DNA of 64,000 nucleotides from Catajapyx aquilonaris (lineage: Eukaryota), in the NCBI GenBank assembly GCA_000934665.2, contig KZ538075.1, forward strand, positions 1-64,000, given 5' to 3'. The notes under the pieces were generated by a model. That model saw only the letters and a program-made list of their open reading frames with translations, made no database searches and was not told the origin of the DNA. Position numbers and translations under genes: made by a program. Of this stretch, positions 39,346-53,300 are shown piece by piece (the first letter of the stretch is position 1; each line of letters opens with the position of its first letter).

Positions 39346-40833
39346 TTTAGGTGGGGCCAAAGCGGCCAGTTATATGTGAGTTGGTGTGGGCCAGAGCGCT
39401 GCCCTCAGCCTGCCCTTTCCCAAGCCCCCACCACCATTGTGCAATGCTGCCACATTTAGCCGGGGCTTTTTAGGTCGCCCCAACTGACTCTTGGCCGAGA
39501 TTATGAGGGAGATATGCTCTGGCGCCACTCGGTTTATTTCTATCGTCTTGGAGTTGCTGAAATTTCCGGATAAATTCGTCCTCACTAGTTCCTCCCATGC
39601 AAAACTATCTTGCCAGGCTGCGAAGGATCATGCTGGAGTTACTTTCGCGGCTAATGTATGACTTGGCACGTAGCCACCAATTGACCTCTTTCCGCCAATG
39701 GGAAAAGCCGGTGACACTATCTTTTCCCGGTATTCGCTCATAATTAGCATTGTCTCGGCGGTCAACTAGGTGTGTTCGTTTCTCCGAAAGATGGCCTTTT
39801 TTGCCTGCTTGCTCCGAGGCAGATTTCTTGGAATCGCAGTTGTCGCTTGTCAGTGTATTGCCAATTTTTTCACATAAATGTGTGCCGGCTGGTGTCTATC
39901 CAGAGTTAACTATACAAAATCTGACAGCTGTTTATGCCTTTTACAAGAGGTCATGATAGGACACGATTAGTATGCAACCTGTGGACATCGTGTCCGGCAT
40001 CGTCTCCCAGTCCAGTCTATAGGCGTGTCCCAGGTGCCAATCAAACTTCTGGCATCAATATTGTATGGTGGGTGACAGTTGGGAATCCGGATAGTGTCGC
40101 GTTTGGATTCTTTGAAGATGGCCACAAGTATAGTGAGGTCGTAAAGAATGGGAACATTTGCTTGTGTTAAAGAAACATTTCCATGCAGTTCATTTTTCCT
40201 ACTCGTTCCCACTACATGCATCCTAAACACCCGGTAAATCAATCGAATGTGTTGTTTACCGTAGCCAACGATAACAAATCGTTGAGTCGTCAACGTATTC
40301 CGCGATTTATGGCACAAACTAAACTAATCCCCGCCTTTGCCATACACGAAAAATTATAAATACAGACATCGATTGAAGCCAATTCATTTACCTCTTGTTT
40401 AGCCAGAAAAAAGGGGACCCAGGCTCAGGACATCCGACAATTTATGATGTTTGTATTCCTATTGCCAGGGGCCAAGTCGGCTGGCAAAGAAGCGCTTTGG
40501 TATCTCCAGTCGCGAATAACAGGCATTTGCTGGGTTCTATTCGCAGCCAGACGGAGTCATTAGCGCGCCTTTACAATGAGTTTTGTAGGTGGAAAATTTC
40601 AAGGGGTCAAGATCGCTATGGACTTGTCGTAAATTTTCTCGAGTGTTTTCTTCCTGTTGTGATCCACTTTGTAAAGCGGTTGAGGTGTAGCAAGTTCTTT
40701 CTTTGCATGTGTGTACTAGATATGAAGCCAGGACAGCACTTGGAGGTTTGAGGCCTCCTCCGTCTTGAATGTCAAAGACAGAAGGTAACCTCCCGGGGAT
40801 TTTGGGGTCGCACATCTCCAACTCTGGGGGGGG

Positions 40834-40838
40834 NNNNN
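40834..40838. other. Assembly gap (N run) after poly-G
   Basis: Five Ns directly after a G homopolymer. Confidence 0.95.
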
Positions 40839-43800
40839 ATTCGTTGCCGTGGTTTTCTCTCTAGTGGCCGGCACATCGTGATTGTCAGTCCCTTGTCACC
40901 TTCAGCCTCTCTTTTCCTCCTGTCACCGGTCGGACCTAGGCTTCCCCGCCCCCCTCTCTTCAGTAGGACTCAAAAGGAAGTGGCATTCATTCTGTGGGTT
41001 CCTTTTTTTATACCCCACCCTCGCCTAGCTCCTTTTTCTACGTTTTCTACCCTCACCCTGCCAGCCCTGTTCTTTATCTAGGGACGTCGCTGTCCATCTC
41101 CAGACTCTTCATTGATCGCCTGCAATCCTGATGGGTATTGCGCAACACTTTTGCTGCTGGCGTGAACAAATGTCGCACCAAATTTTTCATTTTATAAACT
41201 TGACCGCTCGTGGTAGGTAAAAACCACCGCAAATCGATCAAACCTCTTCATCATCCATCCATTTTTTTTAGTTGGAGCCCCGTGTTCGGAGGTGAAAGCC
41301 GGCGCCTACACATTTCGCCCTGCTCGCGACATCTATATGGACAATTTAATTGGATTTATGACGGCCATTGCCAATCGCTTTGTCGAAGTGCTTGTAACAG
41401 ATGTATCAGGGCTTGTATTGTCAGCTGAGATATGCTAAACGATTTATTTTCCTGTCAAAATTTCTCAGTTATTATGGATGTGCGTTTCCATCTACAGGCC
41501 CAATATTGTAACCACATGTCACTAACACGTGACGCTATGCTCGCTATTCACCAAGTCAAAGGGTGGTACACACTGTACTGTGTGTATGCGTATCGCCTGC
41601 AATGCGTTGTTGCATTAAAAAATTTGCGTTTGAGTAATTGAGTGGATATTAGAGTTATTTTAAAAAATGTGTGTTCCATTTTTTTTTCTTTCCGGTTTTT
41701 TTTAGGTGGGGTTGCCTCGACGGTTTGGTCGGTTTCAAGTTCCAGACCGGCAATGACCGTGCCGCTTAAGAAATAGGGTGACATTCGAAGCCACGACCAC
41801 GACCACCACACGACTACGTTGAAAGGGAAAGGTGGGCGTTTGGCAAGAGGAAGCAGCTGTGGTCGAGTGTTGCATTCACCTATATGCGAACATCGTTCTA
41901 ATAGCAGACTCGGACCCATAAATAACGGATTCATACATCAGTGGCGAAAAACGTCCAAAAATGCCTGCTGCTGTTGGTCTATACCGGCGTATTATATTCA
42001 TTACGTAGGGGTCAAAGGCCATTTGGTGGACTCCCCTCGTCCTGCTGGTGTGACAATATAGCAGAAGAGGCTAGACAATGGGCCACCGGAAGCTGACGAT
42101 AAATTTGACTGCTTGTTGCAAATTGACGGGCAAAGGCGGAATATGTTATTAGTTCCTGACATCGTTTTGTTTTATCCGAGCAGGAAATTCAGTATGGGAG
42201 GTGGGGGGAAAAAATAGGTAGTTTGGTAGGGGGACTTCCTGGTGCCACATATACGATGGCCATTCAGTTGCAGGACCATTTGTTCATAGTGCATTGTCGG
42301 CTAATAATGGCTTGGATATTCATGGCGTCTCGTCTCCAAAGGTTATTATCCCCCATCACTGGACATTGAAACAGTACTAAATTGGTCTTCCCGAGAATGA
42401 ATGAGAGGGAAGCCCTCCTACCTCACCTTCCTCCTAGCTAGAAAAAAAATGTATGTTTAGCAGTGTCATGCTGGAATCAAAGGCTTGAAAGCGAAATGAA
42501 TCTGAGTCAGCGTGTCGACACACTTTTATAGGCTTCTCCAGACACCAAGTGCCACCTTTGGCAAGAGGATGAGATGGTCCAGTTCCATCTTGGCACATTT
42601 GGCACGCCTGCAGAAAAAGAGGAGAAGGGAGGGGCGGAAGTGACGTCCGTGTTAGTTTGTTTGAAGAAGAGTGGGCAAATGACCCGGCTGGCCCATTTCT
42701 CTCACCATGTGTTATATGTACAGGGCTACTTGCAGACTGCTCCTATACAAACAACACACAGAATAATTCGCTGTAGGCCTACATAACTGCTGGGGTCTGC
42801 AAGAAACTGCGAATCTAAAGGGGGGCATGGCCCAGCTTGGCGTTTGTATACGGACGAGTGACTCAATTTGCAGCCCTAGAGAGGCCCTGGGCAAGATTGA
42901 CGAATGCGGTTTAGACATGTGCGTGGGTGGATACGTATCCTCAGTGGCGTAACTATGACCTTTGGGCATTCTTCCCGGCTTCTTTCAGGATGTTGATCTG
43001 CACACATATGGACGTTTATATGTTTGACGAATATTTAAATCTGGCAAAAATATGGACGAATGTAACGGGGAAAAACTTGTCCCTTGAACCAGATTGGGCG
43101 ATAATGATGCAAATTTTCTGCTGGTACCATATAGCTCATGGCTATTTCCGTTGACCATGGCCGGCGGCCAGGAGGCGGCGGTCTTCGGTAGATCTTTCAT
43201 CTCGCACAGAACATCTCAAGACGGGGAATCCTTTCCAAGAAAGATATTATTGTTTGGCACTGGCTCAGAAAGACCAGAACGGACATAGGATAGGGCGAAT
43301 TTTTCCTGCTGCCTTTGCTGGACCCAGTTACATAGTCACGATTGATTTTGCAACTGGAAAATGCGGCACGCATTACCCCCACTCGTGTCCATTATTGACC
43401 ACTTGCATCGGTTGGGTCAAGCTCATACCACAGTCCAAATCCTAATGCGAGTGTTTATGAACATTCCCCCGACCTCCCCCCCACCCCTATCCAGCACACA
43501 CACACACTCTCTCTTTTTTCAATTAGGGGACGGTGTGAAGTGCGCATGATGTACATAAGCTCCAGTTTGGAGGGGTCCGAGAGGGTTGAAAATAACATTG
43601 TGGCGTCCAGCACATTTTTGTTCGCTGTTTTTTTTTCCGAAAGCGTATATAGGAGTGCAGCACACGCGGATATTATGTAGCCGACACTTGGGGGTTTAAT
43701 TGCGTTGTGATCCATCGAGAGGTCTGCACCAACCCCTGCAGAGAATCAAAGGGTTTTGGCCGGACACAACAAAGGCAGGAGAAAAAGTCCCTGGCTTGAT

Positions 43801-44380
43801 ATATCTCCCTCCCCCAACATCATCCAGTACAGAGGCTGATCCGGCAGTGCGTTTGACAGGCCTCACCCAGTTGGGGAGTCCTCATGTCCGATGGTCAACT
43901 TTTGGGTGGACATCGAATCCGCACTGACGGCATAAATTCTAATCTGATTGTGCAAAGTGGAGTGTGTACATTGCAGGTGACTCTTGGCAAATATCAGATT
44001 CTTGAAGGCGGGTTCCGCCGAAAAAGGGCTAGGATCTTGGCATTTGGGGTTGGCAGGATTCCCACCCATGATACTGCATCCTGTCGTAAAGGCAAGCCTA
44101 TCTGGTTGTAAACGTGTGGTGTTTGCTCGGCGGCTGTTCACAAGGATAAAAAGGAGAGGTCCTCCTGCCCACCTAATCTTCCTGTGGGGGTGGATGGAGA
44201 TAAGACAACTGACCAAAGTTTCCGACTTGACTCGTGTCCCTCCTTTTCTTTCACTATCTCCTTGAACAAGGACTTATTTATGGCAGTGCTTCCATGACGT
44301 GTCTCTTCGCTATAACTTACGGGGCTGTTTTTTTTTTGCATGGGCTATTATAGGATGGAAGTAACTGGGGAGGGGGGGGG

Positions 44381-44390
44381 NNNNNNNNNN
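44381..44390. other. Assembly gap (N run) within poly-G
   Basis: Ten Ns flanked by G runs. Single Ns at 8685 and 15855 also lie in or at the edge of poly-C runs. Confidence 0.95.
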
Positions 44391-47300
44391 GGGGGAAAGG
44401 CGGTAAGTGATCCCATTGAGAAATGCAGCAGAAAATCTTTTAATCCCGGAAGATCGGTGATAGGATTTACGCCCGTGGTTTACACACAACAGCCTGCAGA
44501 TATTGTATTGCAAGGTATTAGTCTCCGGCCAGCTTTATCTTTCAAGGGTTGAGAGAAAGTTTCATTATCGCAAATATCTGCAAAGATCTGTAATGATGCG
44601 CAGCGGTGTTAGCACATACGCAGTTCTTGACCCTTGAAGTACTGTACACTGAAATAGGTATAACTTCTACAAGGATCCCATGATAAATTTTACTAATAAT
44701 TTCACATTTTGGAGGGTGAACTAATATTTGAAAAATCAATCCTGCCCCAGTAGCCCTATTCTTGATTTTGTTACTGTTTGACTGTTTGAGTATAATTAGG
44801 GCTAGTAAACTGCTCTGAATAACATCGTCTGGTCTGTATAGCTCTTATCTTCAGGAATATAAAGCGTCACTGTGGGCTTGCAAAAACTTTACTTACAATT
44901 AAATTACTTGCAAGCGTGTGAAGTATTGGATAGGCAAATAAATCTGGCGCAGTGTGAATATAAACATTAAAATATTAAATAATTTTATATCATAGGGTAT
45001 AAAGTTAGTCACCATTTTCAGCTATTTTAGTTCCACTGTACCAGCTTCATTAACCTATTCGAAATAATGTTAGCAAGAAAAAATAATATTATGTAGGACA
45101 CATATTTTGCTTGTTCCACTCATATTTTTGATGCAAATGATGCTAGATAATGCATACTAAAAAGTGAAAGTTAGTCCCGCAAACCAAGGATTCAAAGCTG
45201 TGATATCGGGGTCAAAGTCCTGCATAATTTTTTTTCAAGGCGACAGGTACGTGAAATAATTTTATTTTTAACACATTGAAAGGTAATGCCCAATTTTTCG
45301 AGTGATATATTCTTCAGTAAAGGTGACATTTATTGAACCTAATGAGACATCCCGTTGTAATACCCCATTATGAAGGGTTGCACCACGGTGCAAAAAATTG
45401 CTCAATCATCGAATTTATTAAATGTCAGTTTTAGTGAACAGTATGTGACTCAAAAAATACTGTACGTTATCATAATTATGCCAATGTCATAAAAATATAC
45501 AGAAAAAGAATTTATGATGTACAGAGTTTTCTGTGGTCATTCAATTTGAGGATCCTACAGATTACCTATAGCTTATTTCCTAACATTTTTTCACATGCTC
45601 CTGTAAATAGGCCTATTTTGATTCATTTCACTTTGGCGGGGAGGACTCTATATCCTCCTGAGACCTGAGAAGAATTGAGTAACGCAATATCAGTTCCTAT
45701 TGCATTTTCTGAACATTTTCCCAATCAGAAACGAGAAAAAAATTTTAGTTTTAAAATATCAACAAAAATGGCGACAAACAACCAATGAGAACATTGGCAT
45801 TCATTTGCTGCTACAGAAGCAGAACGGATGAAAGCTGAAAATTGAAACACCCCTTAATGGATCACTCATACAGTGCTCTATCGTCCAAATAATGTTTTTT
45901 AAATTCATTTGTGGAATTCGTGGTAGCAATTCCTCTCAGAAGACAATTAAAGATAAATGAAATTATTTTTTAACGCCACCACTCCAGGCATGGGGCTTGC
46001 TCCTTCCCTTCTTACCCGCTAAAGTGGTACCTTGCTATTCTAGATTTTGAAACTGAACTGCATCGTGAAAAGCGCACTTCCTTGTGGGTGTATAGGTACA
46101 GGCACTTAAAGAAAAGTCACACCCATTCAGCTAAAAAAAATAAAAACAGGATGTCCATTCAAATGGACATTTTGTCTCAGGAAGAAAAGAAAATTACCAG
46201 ATCTCTATAGCAACAAAGATGGTCACAGACAATTTTTTTCGTATTTCCTAATGCACATTCCTTGCGAATCCCAGGACATGCCCTACATTGACGAAAATCG
46301 CACTCTAAATATGAGGAAAAAAATAAAACTTATCAGATGAGAGCCTTGCTTCAGCAGCGGCATCCGCCATTTTCTTCCGCGATTTAATTTTCGCGGCCCA
46401 AGTCAGATATTCGACACTAGGTGGCTACAGCTATTGAGGCCAGATTGTAATCATGGGATACCAACAGATTACAGTTCTGTTGGCATCACTAGTTGGCGCC
46501 AAAAAAACTTTTCCAGATGTCCAGTATACTGGACGCCGGGTCTCAGGAGGATATAGTTGGTTGTGAAGTACTGGCTTATCCGTACCTCCTGCAGGTGCGA
46601 TATGATGCATCACAATTTTTCCAGGGGCCACACACTACCTGTGTGTCAAGCAATAATGACCTATGACATCTTGAGTGGAAAAATGCTCTGCTACAAAGAG
46701 AAAAGCCGATTTACGTCATACCACGATGTAATTGGATATTCCGGTTCCAGATTACAGAGTAAAACGACTATTTTTTTGCTCAAAAATCAGCGACCGGTTA
46801 CTGGGCCCCATCTACACCCCGCAGTTATGGAACCCGAAAATTATAAAGCGCTTTTCCAGACTTACATCCCCCAAATTAGCAACATATTTCAAATAATAGT
46901 GCAATCAAAAAAAATACGCAGTGACCGGTTATTGACAAACCGAGTGCTAAAAGGCAAAACCAAAATTATTGGTAGGGTTTTACGGGGTGATGGGCGACAG
47001 TTAGTTTCATTTAATTAGTAAAGAATTAGTAGGACATTGCCATTAAAGCAGATAACCCAAGCATAATGGGGGTATGGTCGAATTTATAACCGAGACCGGA
47101 CTGGTTTAAGTAGCCGAGTAAGAAATTAATCCCTAATTAGGTTCCTGAGGCAAAAGATCGGAGAGGATCAGAACATAACTTCACGTGCGAGGGCGTATTA
47201 AAAATGAGTCTCGATCACGACCCGTCTCTCCCTTTTCTCTGCCCAAACAAGTCCAGAGGATGAAACCTGGATGACCCGAAGGAACACCAGGACTGGAAAA

Positions 47301-50300
47301 ACTTCCTAGGTGAATTAGTGGCCGGACATGAGTTTTGCATTATTTTGCCCCGATAGCTCAAAGGTCCCGGAGCCCTGTCTAGGCTGTCGGTCCGGGAGAT
47401 TGAACGCGAGCCGCACGCCATTAATGAAAATTGGCAAAAATTGCTCGCAGACTTTTTTTTTTACCCAAGCGTCATGGAATCCTTGACATTGATCGCTCCT
47501 GTCAATCATGGCTCAAGTTGGAAACCGGTTGAATAACGGGCAGGGCTTAATTGAGGCTTTATACTTGTCGGACCAGAAAGGAAGACTTGTTGTGTAATGA
47601 CACTATAGCTAGGGCCAGAGAGGTGTCTTCCTTCAGGGCAGTTTGCGGTTTGTAATCGTTTGGCGTCAACGGATTTTTATTATTATTATTTTTTGCTCAT
47701 CCATGTGCGGAGGGTCACGGGGAATTATGCAAGTGCCAACACTTTTATATCACCATAAATGCTGACCACTTGTTGATTTACAGCGAGCCCTAATGAAAAC
47801 TGGATGGAATAGCCGTGTTCGGAAAAACGAGAGCATGTGGGGTAGGGGGGGGGGGATGCTCAAAATATAAATTTTGAAAAAGACGGTGCCTGTTCGTGCG
47901 AGGAGGACACCACGTGATGGCGTGCCCATTGTCCGGCACGAATTATGCTGGGTGCGAGACACGAAAACAGTTCTTTCGGCGTCGACTATAATAAACCACT
48001 GCCTTCACGTGATCTTCGGGTTTTCCTTTTCTAGTCTTGCATCTTTTTTTTCTTTTTTTGAGGGGGAAAGGACGGGTCAGTGGACCTCCCTGATCTGGGA
48101 ATCATCTTTGACCCCGTGATTCCGCCATGTTGCCAAATGACGTCAGGCGATAGGCGTCGTGTCGAATAAATTACACTAGCCGACCAGACATGTCACTAGG
48201 CTAATTGGCATGCACCATAGTCCGCTGCCCACAGTAAGTGCTTGGTAGCCCACGCCAGTAGATAGACATGAAATAATCCCTCCCCCACCAATTTTGCACA
48301 TTTCCTCTCATTTAGTGACCAAGCTGACCTTGCCTCGCACAATGCAATTGGCCTAACCTCATATTTTTGCGCAGAGGCGCATCTCAAGACTTCCTAGATG
48401 CCATCCACTTCCTTTTTCAAACTCCTTGAAGTAAATAAAACCCTCGCGTGAAGTACACAACATACTGTCACTGCACCCAATTTTCACTGTTTAATTAGGC
48501 GCTTAATTCCGGCAAAAATATGCCAACTTGGTCATTTTCAGGTGTGCCTTTCTTCTCTTTTTTTCTCCCCATATTTTTTTTACCACCCGTGCCATCACGC
48601 ACTGTTCGTGGCTGTTGTGTTACGGAGATTGCATCGCGCATGCAATCACTGACCAAGGTCGGCCTCAAGTGTTGGGACGTCGTCCACATCCATGCAGGAA
48701 GTTTGCAGGCCTAATGATACATTTCCGGTTGGCCATGCTAAATTTCTTGCCGTAATAAAACCAGAAAAATGTTCGAAACTGCTCCGGATGTCTTTATCAG
48801 CAAGTACATGGAAGTTGGCGCCTCGACTTCTAACAACGCCCTAGATAAGTTTCAAGCTTTATAGGTCCGGTCAGTTGTTATGCGGTGGACACCACCCTGG
48901 ACCAATTTACAGGGTGAGGCTCCTGGATACCAAGTTATGTTCCACCCGGTAGAAGCAATTGATATCTGTCAGCCAACACTGCCTTTTATGCGAGCAAATC
49001 GGGCGCAATTTGAGGAAACCACTTGAGCCCCAGAAACATGTTCATTATTTCACCCTTTATGCTAGATTAGCCGGCTGGAGAATAAACTATTAGAGAGGCA
49101 AAGGGGAGAGAATTGCTTTAGAGGGGGGGTGGGTGTATAGCTGGGATGATTACGAGGGCGTTGTGCTGGGTGTCGTCACGAGAAATTGCCGTAGAGCTTC
49201 CAGTGATAAATGGTACCATAAAAGTCCCAAAGTCCAAAAGGGAACATGGGGTCCGGTGTGTAAAAAAAAGGGATAGGATTCACACAAAGAACGTTGAGGC
49301 ATTTTTTGGGGTCTCAAGAACTCGAATTGGGCGTTTTGATATCGAGTCGCAATTAATATCATGCTCACATGTGTGGCCCTGGCCTCCCCTCTCTCTCATG
49401 TCCATTTTTAGTGGGCTGTTATCATGGCACTCGCCAGAAGGTGTTGAGATAAGGGGAGGTTTATCTGTTTGCTTTTACCAGCCGGGGACTTACCTGACCC
49501 TATGCTATCCTCCCTGGAGAAAGTGGCCAGGTGACCGCTCCACCTGAAGAGCCTCTGATGTCACTTGTGTAGACAACCATAGGTTTCTATAATGAAACCA
49601 GCAGGAATTAGTTTTACATGGACACTTTTGTGCATGGTTTACGATTCCTGCCTGGGCAGTCGGCTATAAAAAGAGGCTTACACTGTGCCATTGTCCAAAT
49701 ATGTGCCTGCTTATTGATCCTTTTGAGCCCTCCAGAATATAATGCAACCGATGATATAAATCGACCGGTCAAAGGTTGGTACCGAGTAACAAACTACTAA
49801 AAAAGGCCTATAGGATCGGGGACAGAGATTTTGCCTTTCGCTCGTGAATGCCAATCGTTCTTTTTGCAGGTGACGGATCGTGTCGTGTCGTACCGAGCTG
49901 CTCCTAGCCACCATCTGAACAAATTGCGACCTTTTTTATTATTCTTTTACCCCCACCTACCCCTCCTCATGAATGAATTGCCAGAACAAACAGCTGGTTT
50001 GGGACCGTAAAAGGTGAGGTTGAGGGTCGTTTGAAATTTAAAAATGAAGGCGAAAAAAATGAGAGAGAAGGCTTTGACTGACCCTGCAAAAGTGATGGAA
50101 AGCCGTGCAGGGCCAATCCATTTGGAGATCATATGCAATTCCGTGACGGATTGGGTCTGGGGAAAAAAAAAGCGTCACTTCGTGTCCAACCGCATGGACC
50201 GTACCGAAAGCACCGGTCTGTGGGACCATGTGATTGCGATCGTATAGAAACGGAAATGGCGAGAAGGGTGCATATATCTTACGGAAAGTAGGGGTCTGTG

Positions 50301-53300
50301 CTTCTGTCCAATAATGTTAATAATAATGTAAATTACCACATGGAATATTGAAGAAAAAAAATGACAAGGATCACGTCAATATCAAATCAAAATTGGTAAT
50401 ACACATCTGGATGGCGTCATTGCAAAGGAAAAGATTCGACTCATGATTCACATGGTGTCTCGCCATCTTCTTGGCAGATGCTGGTTACAGCTTGTAATTG
50501 ATAAGGAAAAGTGTACTTCTCCAGCATGTCCAATGAGGCCCGGTCACAGCTGCCTCCATAAAGATATGTAGAGGTGCGGCAATTGCATGTTCTCGTAGGT
50601 CACTAGACTTGACCACAATGGATTTTCTTGTGGGGTTATGTGTAGTTGGCCGGAATACCTATCATGCATATCTGCATACATTTGAAAGAAACACGGAATG
50701 TTCCTTCTCATAAACTTAAAATGCGATAAATTTCATTGGTTATCTTATGGGATCAGTTGGGGTGGTAAAAAGACGTAAAATTTCGACTCGAAACAAAAAC
50801 TGGGTTTTATATATGCGGTAAGAAAAGTTTTTTTAAACTTATTTTTCTTCAAACAGTTTCACACTTTAACCAACTTTTCGGCGTTTATGTCCATTACCAA
50901 CTTCTTCCTGATTACCCTGTGTAAAAAAGGCAAAATGCTTTTTTCATTTTCTGTGATTCCCCCAGAGGTTTCTCCAAGGACCCAATCGTTGCAACAGCAG
51001 ATTCCAACCAGGGATTACCTCAGTGATTGGGTCAGGGGTCAAGTAGAAGTTAGAAAAGTGACTGACGGGCGAGTGAATATGGAGCGTGCTTTTTCTGTGT
51101 GTGCTTAGTGTATGTACAAAAAGCTCTTGCTTATCTAATGTAATTATATAAATAAATTCATAAAAATACACTCCGACTCTGTGTTCAGTATTTCCATATT
51201 GCTGCAATACTGTATAGTTATACAGTATCTCGAGAAAGTGGATAAAAAGAATTTAGTATCAAGGTTACAACGTTAGATATGCATCACTCTAGTACTCTAC
51301 GACATTACTCAATTTGACCTGCCACACACATTTCACATCAGGTTTCCAACGAAATGCTACATGGTTATGAAAAATAACTTTTTTATTCCCTTCAATGAAG
51401 AAAGCTAATTGCTGTAATGTTGCTAATTACTCACATAAGGCAGCCAATAATGATAATTCTATTTATACCTGAAGTAAAATTAATTTTCTTCAACAGAGAG
51501 AAAAATCAACTTGATAAGTAACTTTTCGAAAGTCTCAGAAGTTTTTCCAAGAAAACGAAGCGACCAATTGGAAGATTTCAGAAAATGTGAGCATCTGTTA
51601 CTCTCAAAAAGTGGCATCATCTTGATTATCGACCGTGCTATAGATTAATTCCTGATTTGTTTGAAATATGTGGTAAAACACACACTTCTGACAAGTGTGA
51701 GATAATTAAAGGTGCTGGTAGAAACTATAAGTGCCGCAGGTTTATACGACACAAATGCTACCAGTATCTCTGGGAGGGAAATGTATACTATAAATATGAT
51801 TAGCACGCTTTATATTTATCGTTCTTAATGTATCTCGGAAACCTGAGGAAGATAACATGAAATTCTAAATAACACTGCGAAGAAGCTACAGCACCGCATC
51901 ATAATTCCTTGACGCATGGGTTGTTAAAAGAGTTCGCAAATGCAAACCATCACCATGAGGAGACAAATCGATGTAAAAGTGAGTCTGATAGATTTGTGCA
52001 TCCGTCTCATTTCCGTAAGGCCTGAGGCTCCTCGTCATAAGCCTCTAATAGGCGTTCCCATTACTGAACCCAAAACCGAAGCCAGCCAAAGGCGCTAATC
52101 ACGAAATTCCGAAAGCGTAATAAAACATGGCGAGGGAATCGGCGGTTGTACGGGCAGACGATTACGGTTTTTAGCTGATACGGTCCGAGTTTCCACGTAG
52201 TTTGCCGCAATAAAAGAATGTTGGGAGTGAAGGGTGACAAAGTAAAGTCCAGGTATAAAAAACCCCACACCTTTTTTTTTGTGTGCCCCTTCTTCAAAGT
52301 CTCGACACCTCAAAACGGCCACACCTAAAAAGGAGGCTGCAGACCTAGAAATAGCCGGAGGAGCTTGACCCTCTAGCCAACATAGTTGCCAGGTGGACAT
52401 GTGTCACTATGCCAGAATCAACTGACTGCGACCGTAAACCCCCAGGTTCAAAGGAAGAGCAAAAATGACGCGTTTGAATAGTAACCAATGTAATTAGTGG
52501 AAAGTGCTTGTCTTATATTTTTCCTCAGGCATAAATTACCTCCAGACCCATTCCCACGCTGTCGCATATCGAGGATGATTTTTCCGCCGTGTTGCCTCAA
52601 AACGGGATCATCCCAGAAGAAAATGACACGAAACAAAACCGCGTCCGCTAAGAACGGGAGCACCACTTGATGCCCCGAGAGACAGTTGAGTGAAACATAC
52701 GGAGATGAAGTTTTGTCCTGTCCTGTGCACAAGCGTTGACAAGTCCAACAGTGACGATGACAAATGTTCGCAAAATGGACAGCTCCAGCACGAAATTCCG
52801 TGGTCCGAGAAATGGCCGAAAGGAGAGCGTGCGCGAATAAATAACATTGCAGCATACACGAGTTGGGCTTCCGTTACTGAATACTTGCCAGGTTAAGAAA
52901 CAACAACAAAAAAATGGGCAGAATTATTGCGCGCTCTGGCGATCCAGACTGCAACACACTTTTTCCATCGTCTAATTAAGGACTGTATCTCCTCTGCAAG
53001 TGGATTCGGACAAATGATCTATTGCATGTAGGAAAGAGAGTAGCTTTTAAGACAGTGGTCCATCTCAGATGGCGGCAGGTTGTCGACAAACTTTGGAGGG
53101 GATGAAGTATCTCTGACGGACTAGATCTGGTCGAACCAGCCGGCGTGAGAAAGTGTCCCAGATCTGAGCTTAAAAACACACTTCATCTTCAACAGTTTAT
53201 ATTGTTGCCAGAGTAAGCAGTAGCCTGGGATGTCACTCGAGACGCGAGGCTAATAATAGGCCTATTTTTCGCTAGATGATGAAACATTGCTCAAACGGTA

